This document shows, in pieces, positions 25,160-37,855 of a stretch of DNA of 64,000 nt; position 1 is the stretch's first letter, and each line of letters opens with the position of its first letter. Origin of the DNA: Kudoa neothunni (lineage: Eukaryota > Animalia > Cnidaria); NCBI GenBank assembly GCA_964304625.1, contig OZ199840.1, positions 3,089,189 through 3,153,188 of the forward strand, given 5' to 3'. A model generated the notes under the pieces. The model worked only from the letters and a program-made list of their open reading frames with translations. It searched no databases and was not told the DNA's origin. The translations under genes were made by a program, and so were the position numbers.

Positions 25160-26848
25160 GATTTGGATTTTTTATAATTAACGGTACAAGGTACAGCCAA
25201 TATAAGTCGTCACTTACCAGCTCACTGTCCCAGAATTAATGATGGCTTAGATCATTTGCATTATTCTCAGAAATTTAAGAGAAATTTTCCAAATTGTTCA
25301 TAACAATTTCTTTATCGTAGAATGATTTATATCAAAAGGATTAATAGTATTATAGGGTTACGCACACTCACTCATATATACATAGCAGAGGGACTGTTTT
25401 GTTGTAGTGACGTTAGATTGCTTTAATATGAGAAAAAGTGTTGATCTAAGCAATGATACCATATCTCTAACCAACCTAAAACATTCGTGTGGTACAAAAA
25501 CAACGTCCTCTTCGGTATCGTCTAGTACACCTTCCCTGTTAATAGACGAAGCGAATGCACACTTTTGGCATAACTATGCTTATAGAAAATGCGTACCCAC
25601 GTCTGAATCCTTGAAAGAGTATATATTTGTAAATATTGATAGGCTTTTGTTATATTAATAATTAAGATTTTGTTCATTTATTGCAAACGAGGAAGTCTCT
25701 GATAGTTTTGTATCAACCAATTCAAAAAATTCTACGAAAAAACACTAAAAAGTATCTTTTATTTTGTCGAAAAGCTCAATTTTGTATACATTGACGAAAG
25801 TAAGGTCTCGAGGTTTTTAGTGGTCTTGAGACTCACATGTAATCCCGTAACAACGAGCCATCATTTTAATCCATGTGCTATAACTTTTCAGAAATAATTC
25901 TTATCGCTTAATTTTTCTACCCTAAATTATGATCCCATATATCGTGTCTCTAGGTGTGTATAAAAACAATATTGATCTAGAATTTTTGTTGATATTAGCG
26001 TTTAAATAAATATTTATTAGATATTAATTGTTGAATTATTTTCACATAATTTATGACTGATTATAGTATCGACCGTTGATATTTACTCCTATAAATGAAT
26101 ATTAATTGGAGTATGCACATCATATTTAATAATTGCTTCTCTTGTTTATGTATAGGCTAATTACAATATATATTGTTTGGGGCAGATTTCTCTACTTGTA
26201 AGAGTCAGAAATGAAAAACTTACATCAAGAATGGATCAAAGGGATTAAATTGGTTTGCGATATCTTAACTTTTGGATTTTCAACATAAGCTGAGATTTTA
26301 CATGATTTTTAATCCTCTTAGAGACTTTAATATAATTCAAGGTGGATTATTTTTATATTAATAGGATAGTTATTTTTACAATCAAACGATAAAATAATAA
26401 ATTATTTAAAATGTTTAATTAAAATAAAATTTACTCAATGTATTCTGTTATTTCGTTTTCGTTGTAACCTATTCAAATTTTGTTTGTTTTTTTCGATACG
26501 CTAACTAGCGACACACAGCTTTTCAGATATTTAAAATTTTTAATAAATAGAGGGCAATATATTTTATTTATTACGTGTGTTCCGAGTATCTTAACAGATT
26601 AAATTTTAGAATTCATTCTGATTATAAGATGAAATGATTTTTATTTCGGATTTTAGTTAGTTATTAGGGTGATGATTACCTTTCAATTTTTGATATTTAA
26701 AGTAAAGCTCATCTTTTTGGCGTTAAATGCAACAAAAATTCTGTTTAATGATTTTAACGGTTTGTGATTTAAATTGAGCACACACTTTTCTTGAAAAAAT
26801 CCATTATTTCTTAGAATGTATTTTCTCAAACAAATTTTTATTTATTAA

Positions 26849-29800
26849 CCTCCCGAGCGTCTCAAAATCTACTATACACTTTGTGCTTTTTGGAGTCTAT
26901 TAAACCCCACTTTTTTATTGGCTCGTTAAGGGTGGAAGTTTTTTTAAATCTTGAATCTCAATTTGGGAAAAATTCTATCGATGAATTTAGGCTCTATTGT
27001 AAAAACATTACATAACGATTATATACGAGAAGAATTAATGCATTAATGATAGAATTAACTCCATATATGGGATGATTTGCTCCAATCATGTGTAATAATA
27101 ATTGTTTTCTATTCATAAAAATAAATTGATCTCGACATGCTATTGATCGTTTAATTAATAATATATTATTTATAAGCGTACCGAATGGTTTTCTAAAAAA
27201 TATATCAGATGTTCTAATAAATATTGTTAATCGTTTAGGCATAGATATTAATTCAGCTTTTCGTTCGATAAATATCCTATTATTATTCATATTATTCATA
27301 AGGATAAAATAAGTCATCCTAAATTAATGAGATTGATATAATTAATAAATGGTTTGAGCGAATCCGAAGGACCCCACATCTAACTAGAATTTTAACTGAG
27401 ATAAATCTCAAATTACTTGTGGGTGAAATGAAGGAAAAGCATCATCAAAACACATTAATTTCGATTATCTGCTGAGCAATCAATACGGACAAACCGAGAG
27501 TATTTCTCACAACGAAATCTTAAACAAAGAATGCACGAATTCTTAGTTTTTCGGTCATTGTTTCTTGAACATGGCGCACATCTTTTTCGGAAGTTTGACA
27601 AAGGAATAGGATACATTCTTGGTAATGGTTGAGTTTTAACAACCACATTTTTTTCTAGCATAAATTTTTTGACAAATTCGCCAGAAAGTTTGTCCAGAGA
27701 TTGTTCTCTCCTAATTTTGTTGTCATTAAACACGGCCTTGTGAAGATAAAATGAATTTATTAGGCTGATATCTAAAATATTAAAGAAAACAGCGGTTGGC
27801 CAGCGTTTTGAATATCTTTTGACATTAGTCAAAGCGAGAATTCAGTCGACAGTGTCAATATCACCTTTATTTTTATTGTAATATGTAATGACTTCAAGTC
27901 TTCTGCATTCATCAGAAGCCACATTAGTATTCACTGAAGAGGTAACCAAAAGTATAATTGGCATGTTTTTTTGAGGACGTAAGACACCAACATTTTTCCC
28001 CGTGGAAAAGACAAAGTGAACTATAAAGTTCTCTGGATTTATTGGCTGTCAATACATCAGGAATATCTCTTTTGTTTGGCCTGATTGTTCCAACCATAGT
28101 CATACCAAGGTTTAATAGTTTAATGGCGAGTGAAACTGGCGTGAAAAAATTGTCAACAACGATGTTTCTTCCACTGTCCTTTAAATACGATACAAGATCT
28201 AACACAATATTTTCACCTAGACATTTTGCTCTTTCGTTATTTTGTTTTACAAGATATATAGAGATATTGTGGCAAAAGTTTGTTGATGGATCAATAAGCA
28301 AGAAAAATTTGATTCTGTACACAACCAGTTTAGAAGGTATGCATTGCTTGAAAGGGCATTTCCCCCTGAATGCAACCAATCACGCATCCACGGTTAAATT
28401 TTAATTAGGTACAATACAAATAGGAAGAATTTCTTTCCACTTATCAAATATTTCTCGTATTTGGCAAAATTTATCGGTTGGTTTTCTTTCTGCTCTGATT
28501 GTATAATCATCAAAATGAAGAGCTCTCGTAATTTCAATCCATCGTCTCAAAGGCATGATACTTCTAAATATGTCTCTACCCTTATCCTTACTCTAGAGTG
28601 TTTTTAACCTTCCGAGCGTTTCTGGGGCCAATATGCCCCCAGGCGACATTCAGTCGTATTCTAAACCAACTTAGAATTCAAGTTTATACTTAAAACTTTG
28701 GTTATTTTCCTAAAAGCTCTTGTTCTTCCTGAATTAAAGGTTCTGAATGTTATTTAGAAATAAATAAGCTTTGCACAAAAAGTACTTCACTCTCCCTCTT
28801 TTGGGATCAATATGACCCCAGTCATTTATCTCAAGAAAGCTACTTTATACATTTCTAAACTACAGGTGAAATATTTTTAAACAATTTCTTTAATTGAAAT
28901 TTTGTTAAATGAATACAGAGAAAAACTAAAAATTAAATTTTCGATGTTGGCCGATAATCGCTGATGAGATAAGTTTCAACGATGAGCGATTTTGACCACG
29001 ATTTATTGTTAAATGATGATACTGAGGTCAGTGAAATTTATGACGAAATTCAAGAATTTAATTTTACATCTGGTTCTGATTTTTATAACGACGAAATTGC
29101 TGGAAATTGCTATGTTGATAAAAATGGAGATAAATGGGCGATTGAAAAGCCTAGAATAGCGGAAACCAGAAGTTATACTTCATTATAATCAATACAAACG
29201 TGGTGTAGACACAATCGGCAGGTTTATATCTACAATGAGTGTCCATAAATACACAAATCGATGAGCAACAGCTGTTTTCTACAATATGATTGATATTAGC
29301 TTAATTAGCACATTTTACATTTACTAGAATAATTTCTCAGATTTAAATTTTTAGAACAGTTAGCTGATAGTCTAGTTAAAAATCATATTCAAGATGACAT
29401 TAAACAAGTTGAACAAAACGTTTAGACTAGCATTCCTCGTTCTAGTAGAAAAAGATGTTATCCGTTTGACTATGCTCGAACAAAAAAATAAAACATTCAG
29501 TTCCAATGGACAATTATATTATGAAAACCACTCAAACCTTACCTGCTCAAAATGCTCCAAATAAATCAATTATTAGGTTTCAAAAAATATATCTTACTCT
29601 AATTTTATCAAATATTTGTAACTTCATCAATAGGAATAGCCATACGACTTAAATTAGTCAAATAATGATTTATATACACAATTTATTGATTTTGGCATTA
29701 TTCGTACAATCACGCAGACTCTATTTCTAGCTATTACTCCAAATTTAATGATTAGATTTAAGTTTGGTCCCCATAAAACGTCATAAAATATTTTATTATG

Positions 29801-30651
29801 CGATTAAAGGAAAAAATATCTGAGGTCATATTGACCCCAAACGAAGGAGAGTGTATCGTCGATTTTGGGGGTTCGGAAGATTAAGGCCTAACTTAGATTT
29901 GAATATGGCCATATATATCAGTACACCTATGTAGGTGCGAAATTCCACATTTGATAATTGTTTCCAGGATCGACTGTAGTGATATAAACCAAATTTATTT
30001 GTATTCTTTATTATGGTATCATAAATGCCATCACCAACAAATATATCTAAAAGATCCGCAAATCCCTTTATTCTAAGTGTTGCATAAGCAGCAGCGTCTG
30101 TGGCTTTGTTTATAATATTTTCTCTGCACACTTTAGATGTTTTGGGGCTTCAGTACTCCACATTACACCATTTTTGTCGAAGTATACACCAAGGGATTCG
30201 ATATCATTATCACCAGATTCGAAAGAATCGGACAAGTTACCGCCATATTGTTCCATATCAACGGATTTGCTGCAATCATTTTCATAATTATCCGAATATA
30301 TATCGTCAGAGGCACTCATACCTACAGTCGTATGCTTCAGCATTCCTCACAGATAATCATTAATATTGGTTTCGTTATTTTCCCTTAATTCATTCGATAG
30401 AATTTGTTTTAATATTAACATAATGCATTATATAATTTTTTCTTTTCTTTATGATTATAAAATTGTGGGATCTAATATACCTCAAAAAGCACAAAGTGTA
30501 TAAAGTACATTTAATTTCCCCATAACTTTAATGTTTTCATAAAATGAATTATCATAAGATTCAATTTCCATTTTTAGGAGAATACACGGGATATAAATTG
30601 TGTTTGATTTCAGTAAGTATAAAAAATTCTTATTGCAATATGCTCGGAAGG
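26849..30651 (-). mobile_element. Decayed piggyBac (PGBD4-like transposase ~30343-27455), interrupted by a second piggyBac
   Basis: TIR CCTCCCGAGC / CCTTCCGAGC; TSD TTAA / TAAA; motifs VAFRGKCPFKQCIPSK, NIVVDNFFT, VGTIRPNK, RWPTAVFFNILDISLINSF and a Cys-rich C-terminus; coding homology continues across the nested insertion (MAIFKSKLG | SKDKGRDIFRSIM..FDD). Confidence 0.92.
28608..29880 (+). mobile_element. Nested, internally deleted piggyBac
   Basis: TTAA TSD 28604-28607 and 29881-29884; TIR CCTTCCGAGC / TCTTCCGAAC; acidic N-terminus (28982-) joined directly to KPEVILHYNQYKRGVD..AVFYNMIDISLIS. Confidence 0.9.
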
Positions 30652-31186
30652 TAAAGAAATATATGGGGTTTTACTTCCATTTAAATCAAAGATTTTGCTG
30701 TTAATCAAATTTCTTATTAATTATTATCAATTGTACAAATTTTTAATCCATAAATATGGTTGGGAATTATGAGTTAGTTTGAAAATTAAAGGAAATAATA
30801 AATCATACCGATTTAAACTAGAAGATTGAAAACTTAAACGTTATTCTACATAGTTGAAGTAGTATAATTTTTTAAAGTTATCACTAGTTTTCAAACGGTC
30901 GAGCGAAATATATATAAAATTTCTTCATTTAAGCTATAAAAAAATAGTTTTGATCATATTTCTATAAAAATCACATTGGATTAAGAACTGTAAAGTAAAC
31001 TATTATAGTTCAATCAAGGCTTAAAGTTTATTTAGTAGAAATGAGAAGGTAATTTTATTTAGATTAAGGTATTATTTTTGATAAGGCATGGGTGCGAATT
31101 AAATTAACTTAGAATCTTTGTTTTTATCTAAAAAAATTAATTCAGTTCTACAAACACGTAATAAATATAAATGCAAGTATCTAAAC

Positions 31187-31902
31187 CAGTGTTGCCGACC
31201 TTTTTTCTATCGCGCCCAAATTTTTTTGAAAAAAAGTTCTGTACCCCATCTTTTTAAAAAGTATTAATTTTTTAACTTAAACTGTTCATAACTTTGAATA
31301 AAGCTCTCTATCATATTAAAATTTTAGAGCAATTAATTTATATCTTTTTCTCATTAAAATTAGAATGTGTTCGGCAAGATATAACTTAATTTATCGATGG
31401 ACCTTAAAAATTAACATATTTGGTTCTTCATTTCATCAAAAACAGCATCAAGCGGAACTCGGGATAATTCAGTCTTCATTAGGTAAGACATTTGTGTATA
31501 GGGGGCTTTCAAACTGAAAATGAATAGTCAATATTGAAAATTAATCAATATTATATTAAGCTCAATTAAAAAAGGGGATATATGATTCCAAATGAGACAA
31601 TATCGAGATTCAAATCATTTTGATTCTACTCGCGTGATGGACACGCTAAATTTGTTTATTAATTTTCATATACTTAGTCGTTGCTTTTCGTATTTTCCGT
31701 GATATTGATTGTCACTTATAAACAGGCGACAACGATAATCGCGATATTGACTCCATAGTACATCATACTGTCCAGTTATCTCAATATTATCCGTGGCACA
31801 CCAATGATCAGGATTTTCCGCATCCCACCAGAGCGGTTCATTAAACTTTCAAAAATTTCCAGGTCTCTAAAAGTTTTTCGCGCCTCACGTCAGGAAACGC
31901 TG
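31187..31902 (+). mobile_element. hAT (Charlie/Buster-like) MITE, copy 1
   Basis: Left TIR CAGTGTTGCCGACC preceded by ATCTAAAC; right end TCAGGAAACGCTG followed by ATTGAAGC; 31525-31902 homologous to 41728-42109. Confidence 0.82.
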
Positions 31903-34709
31903 ATTGAAGCTCTCAGCTGCGAATTACTAACATAAAGAGAAAAACTAATCCCTTAAAATAGGTGCTTTTAATTTTCATAGTAATCATAATTCAACTTATC
32001 AATTTTAATTGAAAAAATAGCCGATATTGAAATGTATTTCGGGGGTTTTTGTAAACTGTTATATTCACTTCGATGTTTGAGATTTACGATCTTTGGTTTA
32101 TCTCCTTGTAATAATGAACTCTGTCATAAAAAATGTCTATTTAAGTATATATATTTATTTAAATAATCTATAAAAACAATAATTCGTTGTTGAATGTTGG
32201 CTGAAAAAGGAGTTACGTGTTTCCTCAAGTAATCCGATGGTTTTCAAATTTTACCGTGTGTTCTTAAGTTTCTGAATGTCACTTAATTGTTAGAAATTTT
32301 AAATCACTCTCTCTCTCTCTCAATATTAAAATATTCTGTTTAAATTAATTGCTTAAATTAATTGTTATTTTATTGTTTTTAATTTTAGTTTTAGTTTAGA
32401 AATCTATTCAGGGATGCAGCGAGGTCGTAACTCGATATTTTTCTCTGTTAAATAAAAAATGAGTAGTTAAATGAGTAATTAGTTCCAAAATAAACGTGAT
32501 CAGAATTTATAATGTTTAAAGAATTAATTTTTGTACCTTTAATAAATTTTTCCATCGATAAAAAATTTAAATTAATATTTTTTTATTCGGTAATTACGTA
32601 AAAATATTTCAAAACATTCATCTCTATTTACTTTGACACAATTTACGGATTAAAATTACACCCCATGATCACATAATCGTGAGACTCTAAATTTGTTGAT
32701 ATTTCTAAAACATTTTTCAAATTATAACATGCTTCTGTAAAATTATCTGTCCATCTATGTATGTCACTCTTTATTTATGAATCATGTTTCCCTATTCCTA
32801 TACGATTAGAAGTTAAACTACTAATTACCGAAACCTTACTAATAATTTTACTGTAGTTAACTCCGATTTGATCTCTAAATCATAGTTTAACGTTCAATTC
32901 TCGGTTTCTAGGTACAGCAAACCATGCAATCCACCTAGGTGGCTTTCTAGTTTTGACGATGTAGTTAACCACCCCGAAGGAATGATGAGAATGTTAAAGT
33001 ATGCAAATCTAAACCACGTTGAAGAGAATCTATTGTTATTTTAGACGTTAGATATGTATTGATCTCTAATTAAAACTATATCCAACTAGATTCCTACAAT
33101 GAATGTAGCAAATATTTCAATTCTGGGCCCACTGCAAGAACCAAAATTCTCAACTTCATGATTGAGTATGTTTATTTGAACCTGATTAAATTTGTATTTC
33201 AACCAATTCCTTGTGTAGTTTATACATAAAAAATGATTCCATATATGAAATCAACATCAATCATGAGAAAAGAAAATCTCTTCTTGATGCTCATAAAAAC
33301 AAGTCTAACTCCTCACACGTCATACAAGTGCTCAAATCGATTGTTGTAAGCTTCTTCTTTACCATAAGATTGCATAATAAAAATATTTTTTAGAAAGACC
33401 TTTATGTCATGCTCGAAGAACAAATATACCCTGGATTTGAAAAATACATTTTGCAGCAGTATTCATAGAATGGAATAAAGTTGATTGAAGTTATGAATTT
33501 TAAAAGCATATTTTTATTGCTGCTTTTGACAGTGATAACTTTAATTATGTTTTTTATTTATTTTATAATTTATTATTCTTGTTTATTTATAATATACGCT
33601 GCATATAAAAGCTTAGCAAATCCTGTTACCAAAAAATGCGAACGATTAAGTTAAAGTGAGGACGAGGAACTAAAATCTTCCATGGATGCTAATGGTTGGT
33701 TGCTAGGACGTTGTGAGGGCGATTTTCTATTAGATGTTGAACTTTTGCTTGTTTTATATATGTATCATTCAATTCAAACCTCTCGTAAGACGCATCTTAT
33801 CTAAGATCAATCTTGTCTTTGTTTTCAAGTGACCTTTAAGTCCTTTTTACATCCATTCTGAATGGCTAAGAATTATTTATATCAAATCGGGAGCTAACAT
33901 TAATTTTGTATTAAAATCAATTATATTTAGAAAATCATCCCCAAATTTTTTATTTTCTATACTTGATAGAGTTTTTTTATGCGAATGGATTAGGGTACAC
34001 TTCTCGATTTATTTTAATTTCCGCACCCGCTAGCACTTATGAGGACAACTCTGCAACCCTTTTCAGAAATGAAATCATGTAACGGAGCTATTTTTAGCTA
34101 GGAGAAAATATATGCATTGAAAATACATACAAAAGAAAATAAATGTAAATAAAATAAATCAACTGATAATAAACCAAATGTCTTGATTTTTCCCCTGTTT
34201 ATTTTTTGCGGAAAATACTAAAATCAAAACGAGGTTTCTTATTAGATAAGGATATGCATAAATAATAATATAAAGATGGATTTTGTACTTTTTTGTCTTA
34301 ATTATAGACTACAAAGATAAATGAGAAAAATAAGCATAGGTCCTAATTTTGAATGCAAAGCTTTAGTTTATATAATTTTTTAGCACAAACTAATTTTCAT
34401 TTGAAATATGCAAATTTAAAAATATAATCAAAAAAAATGATAAACGGGTTATTGTTTGTCAGAATTAATTCAGTTTCGATTGAGCGCGTATCGCGCACGA
34501 TATACTTTCCAGAGAGATTCGTGTTAAGTCGAATTGGTACGTTGCGTACGAAGCATACTTGACCGTAAAATTTGTTCATATACTCAGGGTATGAATCTTA
34601 AACCCATAATGGGGAAGCTTTGGGCCTAACGTTTTAGTTCATATCGTTTTGATTTCAATCAATCAAGCGAACTTTGCTAAAAATTACTCAAATTGATTAA
34701 TTTTGATTT

Positions 34710-35625
34710 TTCGAGAATTTACAGACTATTTAAATCACTTAGGATACAATGTTATTAACCTTACTCATAATGATACCATTCTTTAGTCATTTCCATTAAA
34801 AAACTCAAATGTATTTCAGATAATTTCGTTAAAAAAATTTTCAATTCGCTCAGAATTTACTAAGTTGACTTTGGATTTTTTTCTATTTTTTAAGTTCTTA
34901 AAATCGCATCAAATTTTTTTGAAAAAATTAGTTATTTTTAATAATTAATTTATTATAACAATATTTATATCACATTGAATATAACCGCATTATAATCAAC
35001 GTTGCTAATCCAAATCGGACAAATCATAGTTTTTTTGTAAAAACAAAACTAATATTTAATTATATGCAGAAATATTACGTTCTTTTATAATTAACTCAGA
35101 AACTTCAAGCTATGACATCATTCGGTCGATGTGTTGAAAAAATCGCCTCATTCGAAACGAGATCATCTAATGTAGAATGTAGTGCACTACATTCTGTTTC
35201 TTCTGATTTTTTCGACATTTCCAGAAAATAAAAATTCTCTTTCCATAAAAGCGTTAATCAGAGTTAGTTAAAGTAAAGATGTGCTATATTTTCCGATACA
35301 ATTAAAATATTTTACCGATAAGCAATGCTCAACAAGACGATTATTGATAATTTAATTAATCAAACTGTGTTTTTGAGCCTGTTCGATTCCTTCAATTTCA
35401 AACAATTGTATTACATTATTTCGTTAGATTTTTGAATAAAATGTAACAACTATACCCAGATGAGGTTTTATTTTTATGTACGACCATTCATTCATTAATA
35501 TTAAGAAAAATTAGTCAAGTAGATGATATTAACTAAAACTAGAATTTTCTGAAAATTGATAACAAATATTTGTAATGATAACTTAACATTGGATATCATT
35601 GATTTCAGAATCTTTTTTAAATTCA
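34710..35625. repeat. Old foldback (palindromic) element with a perfect 22-bp central palindrome
   Basis: AGAATGTAGTGCACTACATTCT at 35174-35195; patchy inverted homology on both sides (gaaaaaatc/gattttttc, taattaactcaga/tcagagttagtta, gatacaatgtta/taacattggatatc). Outer limits approximate. Confidence 0.65.
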
Positions 35626-36261
35626 AGCATTCAGGATTCCAACACATAAAACTCGTCGTAATAATTCCAAAACGGTCCATGGTTATGATAAAACTGCCTT
35701 ATCGTTAGTAACGATGAAAAATATCCGAAATCATGGTCTCAACTGAAGCATAACCTGTTAAAATGTGTTTATTTTCATAAATTTTTGGCATGTTATTTTT
35801 AGCCTCAATTTTTGTATTACTTGGGCTTTTAAAATATTATTAAAATGTATGATTGTAACTTGCGTTTGGTGGACTTCAGGTGCAGACATTTTAATTTGAA
35901 ATAAAGCATTGTTCCAAGTAAAAAATTACCTACTTGAAGATTTCTCGTAATGAAATCAACAGCGATTAATTTCCATTTTTTGTGAATTTGCGATGACTTC
36001 TTACCTTTGAAACATTGTTTTGCGATTATTCAATCTTTTGAAGAACAAGAGTAAAAATCAGACAAAAAAAGGACAAATCGGACACGGTTGGCGACGCTGA
36101 TTATACGTTTTATTAAAATTTCATCCATTCATCTTTAGCTTATATTATGGGCTAGAAATCATAATAATCGGAGAAATTCCTTTATTGTCTAAAATATACT
36201 TTTTCCCCCGTAATATTTTAATCAGAAGAATGTCTAAATCATTTCTTAAAATTATAAAATA

Positions 36262-36271
36262 TGCGCATGCG
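36262..36271. promoter_or_regulatory. NRF1-like motif TGCGCATGCG upstream of USB1
   Basis: About 32 bp upstream of the ATG at 36303; close to the NRF1 consensus YGCGCAYGCGCR. Confidence 0.55.
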
Positions 36272-36302
36272 GCATGCATAATAGAGGGTGGGTAGTGCCA
36301 AA

Positions 36303-37320
36303 ATGAAACCATCTAAGTTAGTAGAATATGACTGCTCATCTTCATCTTCGGATGCCTCAGTTGATAACGAAAAAGATTCTGGAAATCTTAATGGCGTCGG
36401 AGTAAAGGTTGGGAAAACACGCCAATTTGCGCATCATCCGGGGAATTGGGCTTCCACAATGTACATAAAAAGTACAATTGTAATTGAAAACATACTTATT
36501 CGTGGTTGCTATTTTCAGTTTCTATGAACGATCGAATATTGAAATTTATAAATAAAACATTTGTTGAATATTTTGACGAATATGTACCGATTGAAATGAG
36601 TGAATTACACATTTCACTCTCTCGAACTGTTCCTTTACGTTATCATTGGATCTCGCATGTGGAGGAACGACTGAGGCTTATTGTTAATGAAGTTAATATG
36701 TATTATCATCTCTATTAATTGTATTTGAAACAACGCCCATATTCAAAATTAAGATTTACAATAAAATTCGACCCCAAGTTTACCTTCTTTATCAATGAAA
36801 ATTCTTCAAGGTAATTAATACAAATTTCAATTTAAAAGAAGAAATTTTTTTAGAACCTTTGTAGCTTTCAACACCACTCAAGGATCCAATATTGTGATTT
36901 ATGCAAAATGTTTATCTATTATTTATTTTTTATAATTAAGTTAAAATTTTTGAGTGAGGCCATCGACGAGCTACTCGAGCAATATTCTTTACCCACCTAT
37001 TACACCGTATCCATGCATTATTGTTATTATTGATTGCTTTTACTATTTTTAAAATTAAATGGAATTAATATTCAACATTTTTATTAAAATTCAAGGAGGC
37101 GAAATTTCATTGCAGTATTGGATGGTGCCCTGGAAACCAAACCCCAAAAATGATTCAACTTCTAGACACGTTAACAGATAAAGTATCCAATTTTGTCTGC
37201 TTTTAATCACTTTTCCAGTGTAAAGATCAAATCGATCAACTAAGTTCATTTGAAGTGGACCGAGTTCATCTAAAAACAGGAAATATAATCAAGAAAATGC
37301 GTTTCAAAGATGGGGAATAA
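36303..37320 (+). CDS. USB1: U6 snRNA phosphodiesterase USB1; exons 36303-36471, 36519-36699, 36754-36810, 36854-36893, 36941-37006, 37096-37182, 37219-37320
   Basis: RQFAHHPGNWAST motif; two 2H catalytic HxS motifs LHISLSRT and FHCSIGW; LRYHWI; FINENSSRTF; C-terminal LKTGN. Six phase-consistent introns of 36-89 nt. Confidence 0.93.
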
Positions 37321-37855
37321 ATTATTATTACTGTTTATATATATTTTTTAAGCAAAATCTCATTTTTCGCGCTTTTATATTCTTGCTCTTGGAATTATTC
37401 TTAATCAATTTTTCTTCGTTAATTTGATATTTTCTAATTCAATTTTTTAGCATGAAGGATTTAATGTGAATAAAGATATTTCAATAGTTAATCTTTTGTG
37501 TGATTGTAACTCAGATAGTCTTTTACAATAGGGTAAGTAAAAATGGAAAGAAAGTTTCGAGAGTTTTTTTTATGATGTGTAAGACAGCGAAAAACTTAAT
37601 TCTTCCTTGACCTATTTTGCTTTATTAAGAAAGGGGAAAGTTAGCTAAGCGGGGTTGTATTAGAAATGGGACCATAATTTGACGGCAAATGCAATAGACT
37701 GCATGAAAAGTGTTAATATATGATGACTTGATTGATAATAAATACCAAAATTTCTAATATTTTTGTTAACAAAATGAAAAAGAAATATGTAATCTAAAGA
37801 TCGCACATAGTTAGGCTATACTATCTGAAGGAATTTTTCAGTAGACTTTCTTATA

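Noticed and set aside
33040-33870. Coding-like stretch on the minus strand
   Set aside because: Multiple stops in all frames and no recognisable family; not supportable as a pseudogene call.
37007-37218. U12-type introns (two GTATCC donors in USB1)
   Set aside because: They read GTATCCAT and GTATCCAA rather than GTATCCTT, with no clear TCCTTAAC branch site; explained by the generally degenerate donors.
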